The position numbers and the translations under genes were made by a program. Shown in pieces: positions 8,952 through 17,123 of a stretch of DNA of 64,000 nt. This DNA is from Clostridia bacterium (lineage in GTDB: Bacteria; Bacillota; Clostridia; Christensenellales; QALW01). The stretch spans positions 14,581 to 78,580 of the forward strand of contig JAZRXI010000012.1 in NCBI GenBank assembly GCA_045600145.1, given 5' to 3'. The notes beneath the pieces are model-generated. The model searched no databases. It was not told where the DNA came from and saw only the letters and a list, made by a program, of their open reading frames with translations. Position 1 is the first letter of the stretch; each line of letters starts with the position of its first letter.

Positions 8952-9776
8952 ATGACAGGCAAGGTATTTGATATTGTCCGTTCGTCATTTGTTGACGGAC
9001 CGGGAATCAGAACTACAGTTTTCTTCAAAGGCTGTAATTTGAGATGTGCATGGTGCCACAACCCCGAAGGCAAGAGTTCACTGACACAACTGATGTTTTA
9101 TAAGGATAAGTGCATCGGTTGCGGAAAGTGTAAAGAAGTTTGTCCGTACAATCTTGAAAAGTGTGACCTTTGCGGCAAATGCGCAGCTTATTGTCCGCAG
9201 GAAGCACGCAAGCTGTGCGGCGAAAAGAAAGAGGCATCAGAAATATTTGAAGAAATAGTAAAGGACAAGGATTTCTATTTGTCGTCCGGTGGCGGCGTAA
9301 CGTTCTCCGGCGGCGAGTGCATGCTTCAAATAGATTTTCTGAATGAGCTTATCGAAATGTGCAAGGCTGAGGGCATACATACCGCCGTTGATACAGCCGG
9401 GAATGTCCCGTTGGCGTATTTTGCGCAAATTGATCCGGATATGTATCTGTATGATATCAAATGCTTGAATGTGCAAAAACACAAAGAATATGTCGGTGCT
9501 GATAATTTGCAGATTTTGTCAAACCTGCAATGGCTTCTCAAGCAAAACAAGCGTGTGTGGATACGCATACCCGTTATTGCCGACGTAAACGATACCGAAG
9601 AGGAAATGACCAAAATAAACGGCATGCTTAAAACATTCGGATATCCCGAAAAGGTAGAGCTTTTGCCATATCACAGCATGGGAGAAAACAAACTCCGCGC
9701 ACTTGGTGAAAACGTGCCGGAGTTCAAAGCACCGTCAGAGGAACACATGGAAAAACTCAGGGCATGCTTTAAGTAA
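8952..9776 (+). CDS. Glycyl-radical enzyme activating protein (radical SAM, with 2x[4Fe-4S] ferredoxin insert); no GRE adjacent
   Basis: FVDGPGIRTTVFFKGCNLRCAWCHNPE (CX3CX2C), then CIGCGKCKEVCP and CDLCGKCAAYCP, then GGVTFSGGE. Confidence 0.85.
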   Translation: MTGKVFDIVRSSFVDGPGIRTTVFFKGCNLRCAWCHNPEGKSSLTQLMFYKDKCIGCGKCKEVCPYNLEKCDLCGKCAAYCPQEARKLCGEKKEASEIFEEIVKDKDFYLSSGGGVTFSGGECMLQIDFLNELIEMCKAEGIHTAVDTAGNVPLAYFAQIDPDMYLYDIKCLNVQKHKEYVGADNLQILSNLQWLLKQNKRVWIRIPVIADVNDTEEEMTKINGMLKTFGYPEKVELLPYHSMGENKLRALGENVPEFKAPSEEHMEKLRACFK

Positions 9777-9790
9777 AAATGATTTATTTC

Positions 9791-9821
9791 GCGGGGACTT
9801 TGTCCCCGCACTCTTTCTTTT
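9791..9821 (+). terminator. Intrinsic terminator (GCGGGGAC-TTT-GTCCCCGC + T-rich tail); also a dispersed repeat unit
   Basis: 8-bp GC stem followed by ACTCTTTCTTTT. A near-identical hairpin lies at 56322..56345. Confidence 0.6.
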
Positions 9822-9894
9822 GGAGCTCATGTGGGCTCCGTCCCAAAAGAACGGTGTGGGGACAGCGTACCCCGCGAAGCGAAGTCTCAAAGTT

Positions 9895-11508
9895 TTAATT
9901 CAGTTTTGCAAATATCTCAGCGCCGCGGGTATTCACCCATTTTGTGATAAATGCATCGGCAACAACAAATATAAATGAAATAAGCAAAAGGAATACATTA
10001 GCGTCGATATAAGGCATCGCAAAGAAATACCCGGCACCTATCGCCATCGCCAATATCCAGCTTCCGAACAGCACTATCACCACACTTACGCCTTGCTTTA
10101 CGGGAACAGCCTCATTCGTCCATGTGAGATTCGGAAATTTGATATTGATCGCAAGTCCGGCTATTCCCGAAAGGTACACAAACGCAACGACGGCAAGCAT
10201 CATCGTCAATACCGTCCACCCCGTGTGAAACACGAACGCGGCTATTACAGTCACTATAAGTGCCGGAACTGTATTAAGATACAAATGCATTCTGAGCTTT
10301 GCCATTAGCGCATCCTGCGGTCGCACGGGAAGCACCTGTATCTGCCACATATTCTTACCTTCTATCGAAACAGACGGTGCCGTATACGGTGCAGTTCCGA
10401 TAAGCATCATTATGACCGCCGTTGCGGCTACACCTACACCGGCAGGTGTGACCATGTCTCCGAATACACCCTTGAGTATGATATTCAGGCTTCCTATCAC
10501 ATCAGCCTTTATTATAAGCACAACAGAAGCAAGTACCATGAATATTACGCCAAGCCCGCAGTTGAGCATATATGTCGGCGACGCAAGAAAGTGTTTCAGT
10601 TCTCTTTTTACAAGTGCCTTTTTTACATCGGTGCTTTTATATTCTACTTTGTTTTTTCTCTTGACACTGCCGCCGCTCATTATGGTTATTCTCGTAAAGC
10701 TTTTGGCAAGTACATAGTAAACTATCGCAAACAGCGCACCGCAAATAAGCACGAATATAAGCATCGACAGTACATCGCCCGTTGCGGCAAGTCCGAATTT
10801 ATACATCGGATATATCCACGATTTTACTATTTCACTCGCCTTGGCGATATTCTGAAGCAACGACTGTATTATTCCCGCAGCCTTATAGTAAACGAAATAA
10901 TATAAAAAGATGAATGCAAGTGATAATATCACCGTTACGGCACTCTTGTTTTTAAGGCGCGACGCTATAAGTGCCACTACCCATCCGAGCAAGCATGTAA
11001 GCGCAAGCACAAGCAATCCGATGACAAACACAAGGATCACGGAGAATACTATCGACAGCACACCCGGCGAGGCGACTATCCAATAAACTATCATAGCCGG
11101 CACAAGTACGAGTGCCTCATACAAAAGCCCCATAAGATAAACGCCTGCCATGCGCGCGAACAATATCACCGAGGGCTTTATCGGCATAGACAGCAGCATT
11201 TCGTTATCCTTGGCGTGATACAGGCTCGAATACGTGCTGAACACGCTTCCTATCACGCCGAGCGCAAGTGCCATAAGCCCCATGAACGCAAAGTACACCC
11301 AATCAAGACCAAGTGCAACAAGTGTGTCGGCGAACAGATGAGCAATACCCGCGAATACGAAGCCTACCGACGCAAACACAAACAGAAACAGCGCTATCAT
11401 CAATAATATTCCGCCAAGCGAGCGCCGTTTGCCGGTCTTTTTATTCTGAAAATAAAAAGAATTTATCTCCAGAAGCTGTTTTTTAAGTAACGTGCCGAGC
11501 ATTTTCAT
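9895..11508 (-). CDS. Multi-pass ABC exporter permease (ABC-2 / putative ABC-exporter type)
   Basis: 537 aa with at least 12 hydrophobic spans. ATGA start/stop overlap with the upstream ATPase gene. Confidence 0.6.
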   Translation of the reverse strand: MKMLGTLLKKQLLEINSFYFQNKKTGKRRSLGGILLMIALFLFVFASVGFVFAGIAHLFADTLVALGLDWVYFAFMGLMALALGVIGSVFSTYSSLYHAKDNEMLLSMPIKPSVILFARMAGVYLMGLLYEALVLVPAMIVYWIVASPGVLSIVFSVILVFVIGLLVLALTCLLGWVVALIASRLKNKSAVTVILSLAFIFLYYFVYYKAAGIIQSLLQNIAKASEIVKSWIYPMYKFGLAATGDVLSMLIFVLICGALFAIVYYVLAKSFTRITIMSGGSVKRKNKVEYKSTDVKKALVKRELKHFLASPTYMLNCGLGVIFMVLASVVLIIKADVIGSLNIILKGVFGDMVTPAGVGVAATAVIMMLIGTAPYTAPSVSIEGKNMWQIQVLPVRPQDALMAKLRMHLYLNTVPALIVTVIAAFVFHTGWTVLTMMLAVVAFVYLSGIAGLAINIKFPNLTWTNEAVPVKQGVSVVIVLFGSWILAMAIGAGYFFAMPYIDANVFLLLISFIFVVADAFITKWVNTRGAEIFAKLN

Positions 11509-12236
11509 TCCTCCGTACCACGGGCTGTGTCGTCGCGCTCCATATCAAGGAATGCGGCTTCAAGACTTTCGTCACCCTTGACCTCATCCATCGTGCCGGA
11601 GCGAATAAGCTTGCCGTCCTTGATGATAGCGACTTTATCACAAAGCTTTTCGGCAACATCAAGGACATGCGTTGAAAAGAATATGGCTCCGCCGGAAGCG
11701 CAAATTTCATGCATATATTCCTTTAAGATGAACGATGCTTTGGGATCAAGCCCGACAAACGGTTCATCCATTATTATAAGCTTCGGCGAATGTATAAGCG
11801 CCGAGATAATAGCAAGCTTTTGCCGCATACCGTGCGAATATGACGATATCGCCTGTGTCAAGTCACCCTTTATGCCGAATTTTTCCGCGTACCTGTCTAT
11901 GAGGGGAGCGCGTTTATCCGCGCTCACCTCAAATATATCGGCAACGAAATTAAGATACTGTATACCCGTCATATACTCATAAAGATCGGGATTATCCGGG
12001 ATATATGCGACCTTTCTCTTGCATTCAAGCGGACGGTCCTTTATCGAAACGCCGTCAATGTATATTTCGCCTTCATCGAAATCAAGTATGCCCATAGCGC
12101 ACTTGAGCGTTGTCGTTTTTCCCGCGCCGTTGTGACCGATAAAACCGTATATTTCGCCGGGTGCAATTGTCAGTGAAAGATCGTCAACGGCTTTTTTGTC
12201 ACCGTACTTTTTTGTAAGATGCTCTATTTTAAGCAT
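11505..12236 (-). CDS. ABC transporter ATP-binding protein
   Basis: Walker A GHNGAGKTT, signature YSHGMRQKL, Walker B LIIMDEP. Start moved to ATG 12236 (MLKIEHLTKKYG), which overlaps the flotillin stop by 8 nt. The Arg/Lys-rich extension from 12284 is rejected. Confidence 0.85.
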   Translation of the reverse strand: MLKIEHLTKKYGDKKAVDDLSLTIAPGEIYGFIGHNGAGKTTTLKCAMGILDFDEGEIYIDGVSIKDRPLECKRKVAYIPDNPDLYEYMTGIQYLNFVADIFEVSADKRAPLIDRYAEKFGIKGDLTQAISSYSHGMRQKLAIISALIHSPKLIIMDEPFVGLDPKASFILKEYMHEICASGGAIFFSTHVLDVAEKLCDKVAIIKDGKLIRSGTMDEVKGDESLEAAFLDMERDDTARGTEE

Positions 12237-13647
12237 TTTCCGTCTCCTCTGCCGCTTTTTCGGTCGCTTCCTTTTGAGCGTCATCTATCTGCTTTCCTAA
12301 AAATTCGGGTATCTGTATGCCTGCCATCTTCATTGTGTCGGAAATAGGCGGTATGGACTTCATTATGCCCGAAAGAAAGTTTGCCGTAGTGGGTGTGCCG
12401 CTCTCGCCGCCCATTGAATCCCAAACAGTGATCTTGTCGATCTTGAGATTCTTGATGGCATCGACCTGAATGCGTGTAAGCTCTTCTATCTTATCTACAA
12501 GCATCATTTGTATTGCCGCATTGGTGTCGCCGCCTGCCGCCGCAACTATCTTGCCGTAGCCTTCCGCCTGACGCGCAAGTATCTCCTGAGTACCGCGTGC
12601 CTGGGCTTCCATGGTAGCATAAATGGCATCAGCCTCACCCTTTGCTCTGCGGCGGTTCTGTTCGGCTTCCGCCTCTGCCTCAAGCTCTTTACGTTCTTTT
12701 TCTACACGCGCGGCAGTGATGATATCAGCCTGCTGAGTAGCAAATTCACGTTCGGCACGCGCACGCTCTGCCTGCTGTTCGGCGGCATACGCTTCCTCCA
12801 ACGCCTTTGCCGCGGCGATCTTCTCTGCGGCTGTGGCACGTCTCTGCGCTTCGGCTTCCTTTTCACGCCTTATGGCATCCGACATTGCGATAGATGCCTT
12901 TGATTCGTTTTCACCCGCGATAGCCGACGCATTCGATTCCGCAACGCTTATACGCTGATCTTTTACCGCTACTGCCTCACCGATAGAACCGTCACGGTTC
13001 TTTTCGGCAACCGACTTCTTGGCATCGTTTATAGCTTTTGCGGCAGCTTCCTTACCGAGAGCCTCGATATATCCCGATTCATCGGTGATATCCGTAACGT
13101 TTACGTTGATAAGACGCAGACCTATTTTCTTAAGCTCTGTTTCCACGTTATGTGAAACAGCCTCAAGGAATTTATCACGGTCGGTGTTTATCTCCTCGAT
13201 ATCCATCGTTGCGATAACAAGACGAAGCTGACCGAAGATGATATCCTTTGCAAGCTCCTGTATTTCGGAAAGCTTAAGTCCGAGCAAGCGTTCCGCGGCA
13301 TTCTGCATAACACCGGGTTCTACCGAAATACCTACAGTGAAACGCGAAGGTACGTCAACACGGATATTCTGATGCGAAAGCGCATTGGTAAGGTCAACGT
13401 TTATCGACATGGGAGTAAGATCAAGATACTGATATGACTGTATTACGGGCCAGATAAATGCCGCACCGCCGTGTATACACTTTGCGGAGCGCGTCGTGCC
13501 GTCCTTATTAGTACCTACCTTACCGTAGATAACAAGCACCTTATCCGAAGGGCATCTGCGGTATCTCGAAAGAAATACCAATAAAAGTGTGAACAGAAAG
13601 ATTGCGATAACCACTATCGCCGTAATGATATTTGCCGGCATTTTCAT
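12229..13647 (-). CDS. Flotillin (SPFH/band-7 family, FloT/YqiK-like)
   Basis: N-terminal TM, SPFH domain, and a long Ala/Glu-rich coiled coil (EKEAEAQRRATAAEKIAAAKALEEAYAAEQQAERARAE). Strong SD AAGGAGG. Confidence 0.85.
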   Translation of the reverse strand: MKMPANIITAIVVIAIFLFTLLLVFLSRYRRCPSDKVLVIYGKVGTNKDGTTRSAKCIHGGAAFIWPVIQSYQYLDLTPMSINVDLTNALSHQNIRVDVPSRFTVGISVEPGVMQNAAERLLGLKLSEIQELAKDIIFGQLRLVIATMDIEEINTDRDKFLEAVSHNVETELKKIGLRLINVNVTDITDESGYIEALGKEAAAKAINDAKKSVAEKNRDGSIGEAVAVKDQRISVAESNASAIAGENESKASIAMSDAIRREKEAEAQRRATAAEKIAAAKALEEAYAAEQQAERARAEREFATQQADIITAARVEKERKELEAEAEAEQNRRRAKGEADAIYATMEAQARGTQEILARQAEGYGKIVAAAGGDTNAAIQMMLVDKIEELTRIQVDAIKNLKIDKITVWDSMGGESGTPTTANFLSGIMKSIPPISDTMKMAGIQIPEFLGKQIDDAQKEATEKAAEETENA

Positions 13648-13660
13648 TTTTTCGTCCTCC

Positions 13661-14446
13661 TTAATTTTCGCCGTTTATAGAAACGAGTGTTCTTACAACA
13701 AGCTCGTTTTTATCAGTTATAGAAACTACCTGCACCGATTTTCCCGTCGGAATTGTCTCATTTTCATCAGTCAGTGCATCCATTTCCACAAAACGCTCCT
13801 GAAGCGTCATCGTGACCTTGCCTGTGCCTGTACGCGACGGCGGTATCGGAATATATACCGTCGCAGTATGCGCAACAGCATTTTTTGCACTGATGTTCCC
13901 GCTTTCCTGCAACGCAAGCGAATACTTTATCACAAGTGCCGAAAGCACAAGCGCGCCTATTCCGCCCACAGCGGCTATTGTGACACACAGTGCCGGATGT
14001 ACATCAAGATCGCACATTGCGATGCCGAGCCAGCCACCGACTGCAAACAGTGCAACTATGCCTCGCAGGGTGAAAAGCCTCAAGCCTGCCGCGTGATGCG
14101 CCCCATCGTGGTGCGCTCCGCTTTGCTCGTGAAGAAAATCGTAATCGTGATCGTGCGCCAGATCATGGAACGCCGCAACATCGTCGGCATCAATATCTCC
14201 GTCACCGTCGATATCGCCGATTTCATCCATTGCACCGTCAGCATCTATGTCGCCGTCGGTGTCAACATCCGCATCGCTGTCGGTATCAAAATCGTCCGCT
14301 TCGCCGTGATCGGCAGAGTGTCCGCCCAAGCCGACAAGCAGAAGGATCGTCTGCAATATAAGAATAACAGTGGCGGGAACGGCTACAATGCCGAAGCATT
14401 GCTGTAAAAAGCTTAAGCCTGCCCACCAATCATTGAACCATGCCAA
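13661..14446 (-). CDS. NfeD/YqiJ-like membrane protein with an Asp/His-rich loop and a C-terminal OB-fold
   Basis: TM segments flank an approximately 80-aa DxD/H-rich stretch. The C-terminus (TGTGKVTMTLQERFVEMDALTDE...SVQVVSI) looks like an NfeD beta-barrel. TTG start after AAGAGGTG. Confidence 0.6.
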   Translation of the reverse strand: MAWFNDWWAGLSFLQQCFGIVAVPATVILILQTILLLVGLGGHSADHGEADDFDTDSDADVDTDGDIDADGAMDEIGDIDGDGDIDADDVAAFHDLAHDHDYDFLHEQSGAHHDGAHHAAGLRLFTLRGIVALFAVGGWLGIAMCDLDVHPALCVTIAAVGGIGALVLSALVIKYSLALQESGNISAKNAVAHTATVYIPIPPSRTGTGKVTMTLQERFVEMDALTDENETIPTGKSVQVVSITDKNELVVRTLVSINGEN

Positions 14447-14449
14447 GTC

Positions 14450-15013
14450 CTAAACACCTCTTATTCGGTTAAAATACATATCGGATTCCTGCTTGAGCCT
14501 GCCCGACGCATACGCAAACACCATTGTGAGCAGTGCAAGCACTATTTTCTGTCTGTTTTCGTTTTTATTTGTCCGATAATCGGATATAACATCATGTATC
14601 AGCTTCTCGGTGCCGTTACCGAACGCCTCATGGATATCCATTCTTCGTATAGTTTCGCAAAGATAATCGTAAAGCTGAGGCTCTGAAATTATATCGTCCG
14701 ATTCACTCTCCGTATCTCCGTTTACGCTTTTCAACAGCGTGGCGATATCCTCTATTTTCATGGAATCACGCACCGAAGATATTATAAGTATACGTGCAAG
14801 ATGACGCTCGTAATATTTCTTTTTCACCGGGTGCGGTACGAAGCCGCGCTTGACCCAATTCTGCACCGTGGATATCTCAAGCCCGCATATCGTGCATACC
14901 TGCCCGAGCTGAAGCCCGTCGGTAGCTTTTATCATGGGTCTAAAAAGTTCAAACATGCTTCCCTTAATACCCGAATACGGTATCACCGTCCCCGGAACAA
15001 GCTTTTCAAGCAT
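14450..15013 (-). CDS. DUF1836-type (MerR-like HTH) protein
   Basis: GLEISTVQNWVKRGFVPHPVKKKYYERHLARILIISSVRDSMKIEDI matches my recollection of the DUF1836 core. It is the first gene of the operon. Confidence 0.55.
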   Translation of the reverse strand: MLEKLVPGTVIPYSGIKGSMFELFRPMIKATDGLQLGQVCTICGLEISTVQNWVKRGFVPHPVKKKYYERHLARILIISSVRDSMKIEDIATLLKSVNGDTESESDDIISEPQLYDYLCETIRRMDIHEAFGNGTEKLIHDVISDYRTNKNENRQKIVLALLTMVFAYASGRLKQESDMYFNRIRGV

Positions 15014-15046
15014 CCGGTCACGCCCCCTTTCTTATAGGTTACTATG

Positions 15047-15075
15047 ATTATATCACAGGTTCATTTGACCGTCAA
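15047..15075 (-). promoter_or_regulatory. Strong promoter of the DUF1836-nfeD-flotillin-ABC operon (TTGACG-17-TATAAT, TG-extended)
   Basis: On the minus strand: TTGACG (15075..15070), 17-nt spacer ending in TGTGA, TATAAT (15052..15047). The -35 element sits within the palindrome TTGACGGTCAA. Confidence 0.5.
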
Positions 15076-15101
15076 GTGTTTTTTATATTTTTTCTTAAAA
15101 T

Positions 15102-15138
15102 AAAAAAAGACACCGATTACGATTTAACGCTCGGTGCC
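15102..15138 (-). terminator. Intrinsic terminator after the acetyltransferase gene
   Basis: On the minus strand: GGCACCGA...TCGGTGTC stem followed by TTTTTTTATTTT. Confidence 0.6.
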
Positions 15139-15160
15139 TTTAACATATCGGTATTAATGA

Positions 15161-15649
15161 TCACTGAAGATTGAACTTTTCTTTTAAGAAAGCTTTTTTC
15201 TGTTCAGCAGACATATGCTTAGTGTTTACAAAATCATCGGCATGCTTTTGAACGTATTCATCTGTTGTTTCAATAAATTTTGCAGGCACACCGCCAAACA
15301 CAGAATTTGCAGGAACGTCTTTTGTAACAATCGCACCGCAAGCAATTATCGAGTTATCGCCTATCTTTACTCCCGGCAGAATTATCGCATTAAGTCCGAT
15401 ATGCACATTATTCCCTACTTCCGTTATTCCGGGGAAATAATCAAAATCTTTATTTTTTTCATCAAGACCTCGTACTACCCAAGCAGCACCGTCATGCGAA
15501 TAAAACTGTACATTACCGTTAACCCGAACATGATTGCCGAGTTTTATAAGGTACGGTTCAGATCCAAAGTTTGCCGACCTCATAATATAGCAATCCTCAC
15601 CGACAGTGAGCCCGAGCTCACGCCAATAATTGATTACATCTTTTTTCAT
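15161..15649 (-). CDS. Hexapeptide-repeat (left-handed beta-helix) O-acetyltransferase
   Basis: Hexapeptide repeats [36 protein letters not shown]. The start is uncertain: ATG 15649 (MKKDVINYW) is preferred, and TTG 15712 is the alternative. Confidence 0.6.
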   Translation of the reverse strand: MKKDVINYWRELGLTVGEDCYIMRSANFGSEPYLIKLGNHVRVNGNVQFYSHDGAAWVVRGLDEKNKDFDYFPGITEVGNNVHIGLNAIILPGVKIGDNSIIACGAIVTKDVPANSVFGGVPAKFIETTDEYVQKHADDFVNTKHMSAEQKKAFLKEKFNLQ

Positions 15650-15884
15650 TTTTATGCGTTTTTTTATTGAAGAAAATAAATACATTATAATGGTTAGCTT
15701 TTGACTTTCCAAAAAGCAGACCTTTCTATAATTTTTTTCAAAAGTGCAATTTGCAGTATCATATTAACAACTAATACAGATTGATATGTTGCTTATTACT
15801 TGAGAAAATTTAAATAAAACATTAATCTTCCGGTATTATTCAAAAATGCAATACCGCATTAAAGGAATAAAATTGCATGCAACA

Positions 15885-16130
15885 TTATCTGAAATCGATT
15901 TTTCCCTTAAGAAATGCTTTTTTGAAATCGGCAAGCGGCATTGGTAAAATATTCTTATTATCTATTGTCGCCGTACCTTTCTCCTGTTCGCCGCGGCTGT
16001 GGCGGATACGTACTTCTACAACCGTACCGCTTTCAGCGCGATAACTAACCTCAAGGATATGCTTTTCGGGATCTGCTTCCTGAATAAGCGCCCAACCATC
16101 TTCGTTCCAAAGAATCTGATTCTTTTTCAT
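15885..16130 (-). CDS. Hypothetical 81-aa soluble protein
   Basis: ORF with SD AAGGAG and a perfect consensus promoter. I recognise no family. Confidence 0.45.
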   Translation of the reverse strand: MKKNQILWNEDGWALIQEADPEKHILEVSYRAESGTVVEVRIRHSRGEQEKGTATIDNKNILPMPLADFKKAFLKGKIDFR

Positions 16131-16156
16131 ATTACATAATCTCCTTTTTTCTTTAG

Positions 16157-16185
16157 ATTATATCACCAAAAACGAGCGGTGTCAA
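16157..16185 (-). promoter_or_regulatory. Perfect consensus sigma-A promoter (TTGACA-17-TATAAT, TG-extended)
   Basis: On the minus strand: TTGACA (16185..16180), 17-nt spacer ending in GTGA, TATAAT (16162..16157). Confidence 0.55.
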
Positions 16186-16208
16186 TTCTTAAAATGCAAA
16201 AAATTTAT

Positions 16209-17123
16209 CTAACCCACATTGATTACGATTTGTGCATTTTTAAGTATCGCGCATGCGGCAGTCACTTCGTCAACATCCGGCACTCTGAGATCGCAAAAGG
16301 GTTTATCAAGCGCATCATATTTTTCCTTTGCGAATGAATGATACGGCAGGAGCTTTATTCGTGTTACGTTTTTTGCGTTTTGAAGTAATTTCGCAATTTT
16401 CGGTATCTCGCTTCCGTTCATATCAGGCACGAAAGGTATCCGTACCTCAGTGGCTTTGCCCATTTCCCGAAGATACACAAAGTTTTCAAGTATCTGTGTA
16501 TTATCCGCGCCCGTGCATTTTCTATGCGTTTCAGCATCGACCGCCTTGATGTCAAACAAAACGATATCTGCGAGCTTCACCGCCCGTGTGAACGCATCAT
16601 GTGAAGCCATTCCGCATGTGTCAAGTGCAGTATGCACATGTGCGCATTTTAGCTTTTCAAGGAGCTCACACACAAATTCATGCTGCATAAGCGGTTCGCC
16701 GCCCGAAATCGTCACCCCGCCTCCGGAAGAAGCAAAGAAATCCTTATCTCGCATAACGTCATTAAACACATCTTCCACGGACACTTCCGTACCAAAGCGT
16801 TTCAAGGCGCCGTCCGCACCGTTTCCGAGGCATTTTTCGTCGCAATGCGTACACTTTCGCATGTGAATGAGTTGTTCACACATTTGTCTGTCAAAACACT
16901 TGATTCCGTATGAATCAAATGTATGTGCCGGACACATCACCGCACATTTTCCGCACTTGATACATTTTTGCGGGTAAACCGCAAGTGACGGTAGTGGCTC
17001 TATCCCCTCCGGATTATGGCACCACACGCACCTTAGCGGACAGCCTTTCAAAAATACCGTCGTACGGACTCCGGGACCGTCATGTATCTCGAATCTTTTT
17101 ATTCCGAAAACATTACCGTACAT
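16209..17123 (-). CDS. Glycyl-radical enzyme activating protein (radical SAM with Cys-rich insert)
   Basis: HDGPGVRTTVFLKGCPLRCVWCHNPE, CIKCGKCAVMCP plus further Cys (CTHCDEKC), and GGGVTISGGEP. Its ATG directly abuts the GRE stop codon. Confidence 0.85.
   Translation of the reverse strand: MYGNVFGIKRFEIHDGPGVRTTVFLKGCPLRCVWCHNPEGIEPLPSLAVYPQKCIKCGKCAVMCPAHTFDSYGIKCFDRQMCEQLIHMRKCTHCDEKCLGNGADGALKRFGTEVSVEDVFNDVMRDKDFFASSGGGVTISGGEPLMQHEFVCELLEKLKCAHVHTALDTCGMASHDAFTRAVKLADIVLFDIKAVDAETHRKCTGADNTQILENFVYLREMGKATEVRIPFVPDMNGSEIPKIAKLLQNAKNVTRIKLLPYHSFAKEKYDALDKPFCDLRVPDVDEVTAACAILKNAQIVINVG

Noticed and set aside
13589-14407. 272-aa plus-strand ORF
   Set aside because: It is entirely antisense to the well-supported NfeD-like gene. 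It has Arg/Cys/His/Ile-rich shadow-frame composition, no SD, and sits inside a tightly coupled minus-strand operon.
15650-15712. TTG 15712 as the start of the acetyltransferase (21 extra residues, [21 protein letters not shown])
   Set aside because: The extension is hydrophobic/basic and atypical for hexapeptide transferases. However, ATG 15649 lacks a clear SD, so the choice is uncertain and flagged in the feature.
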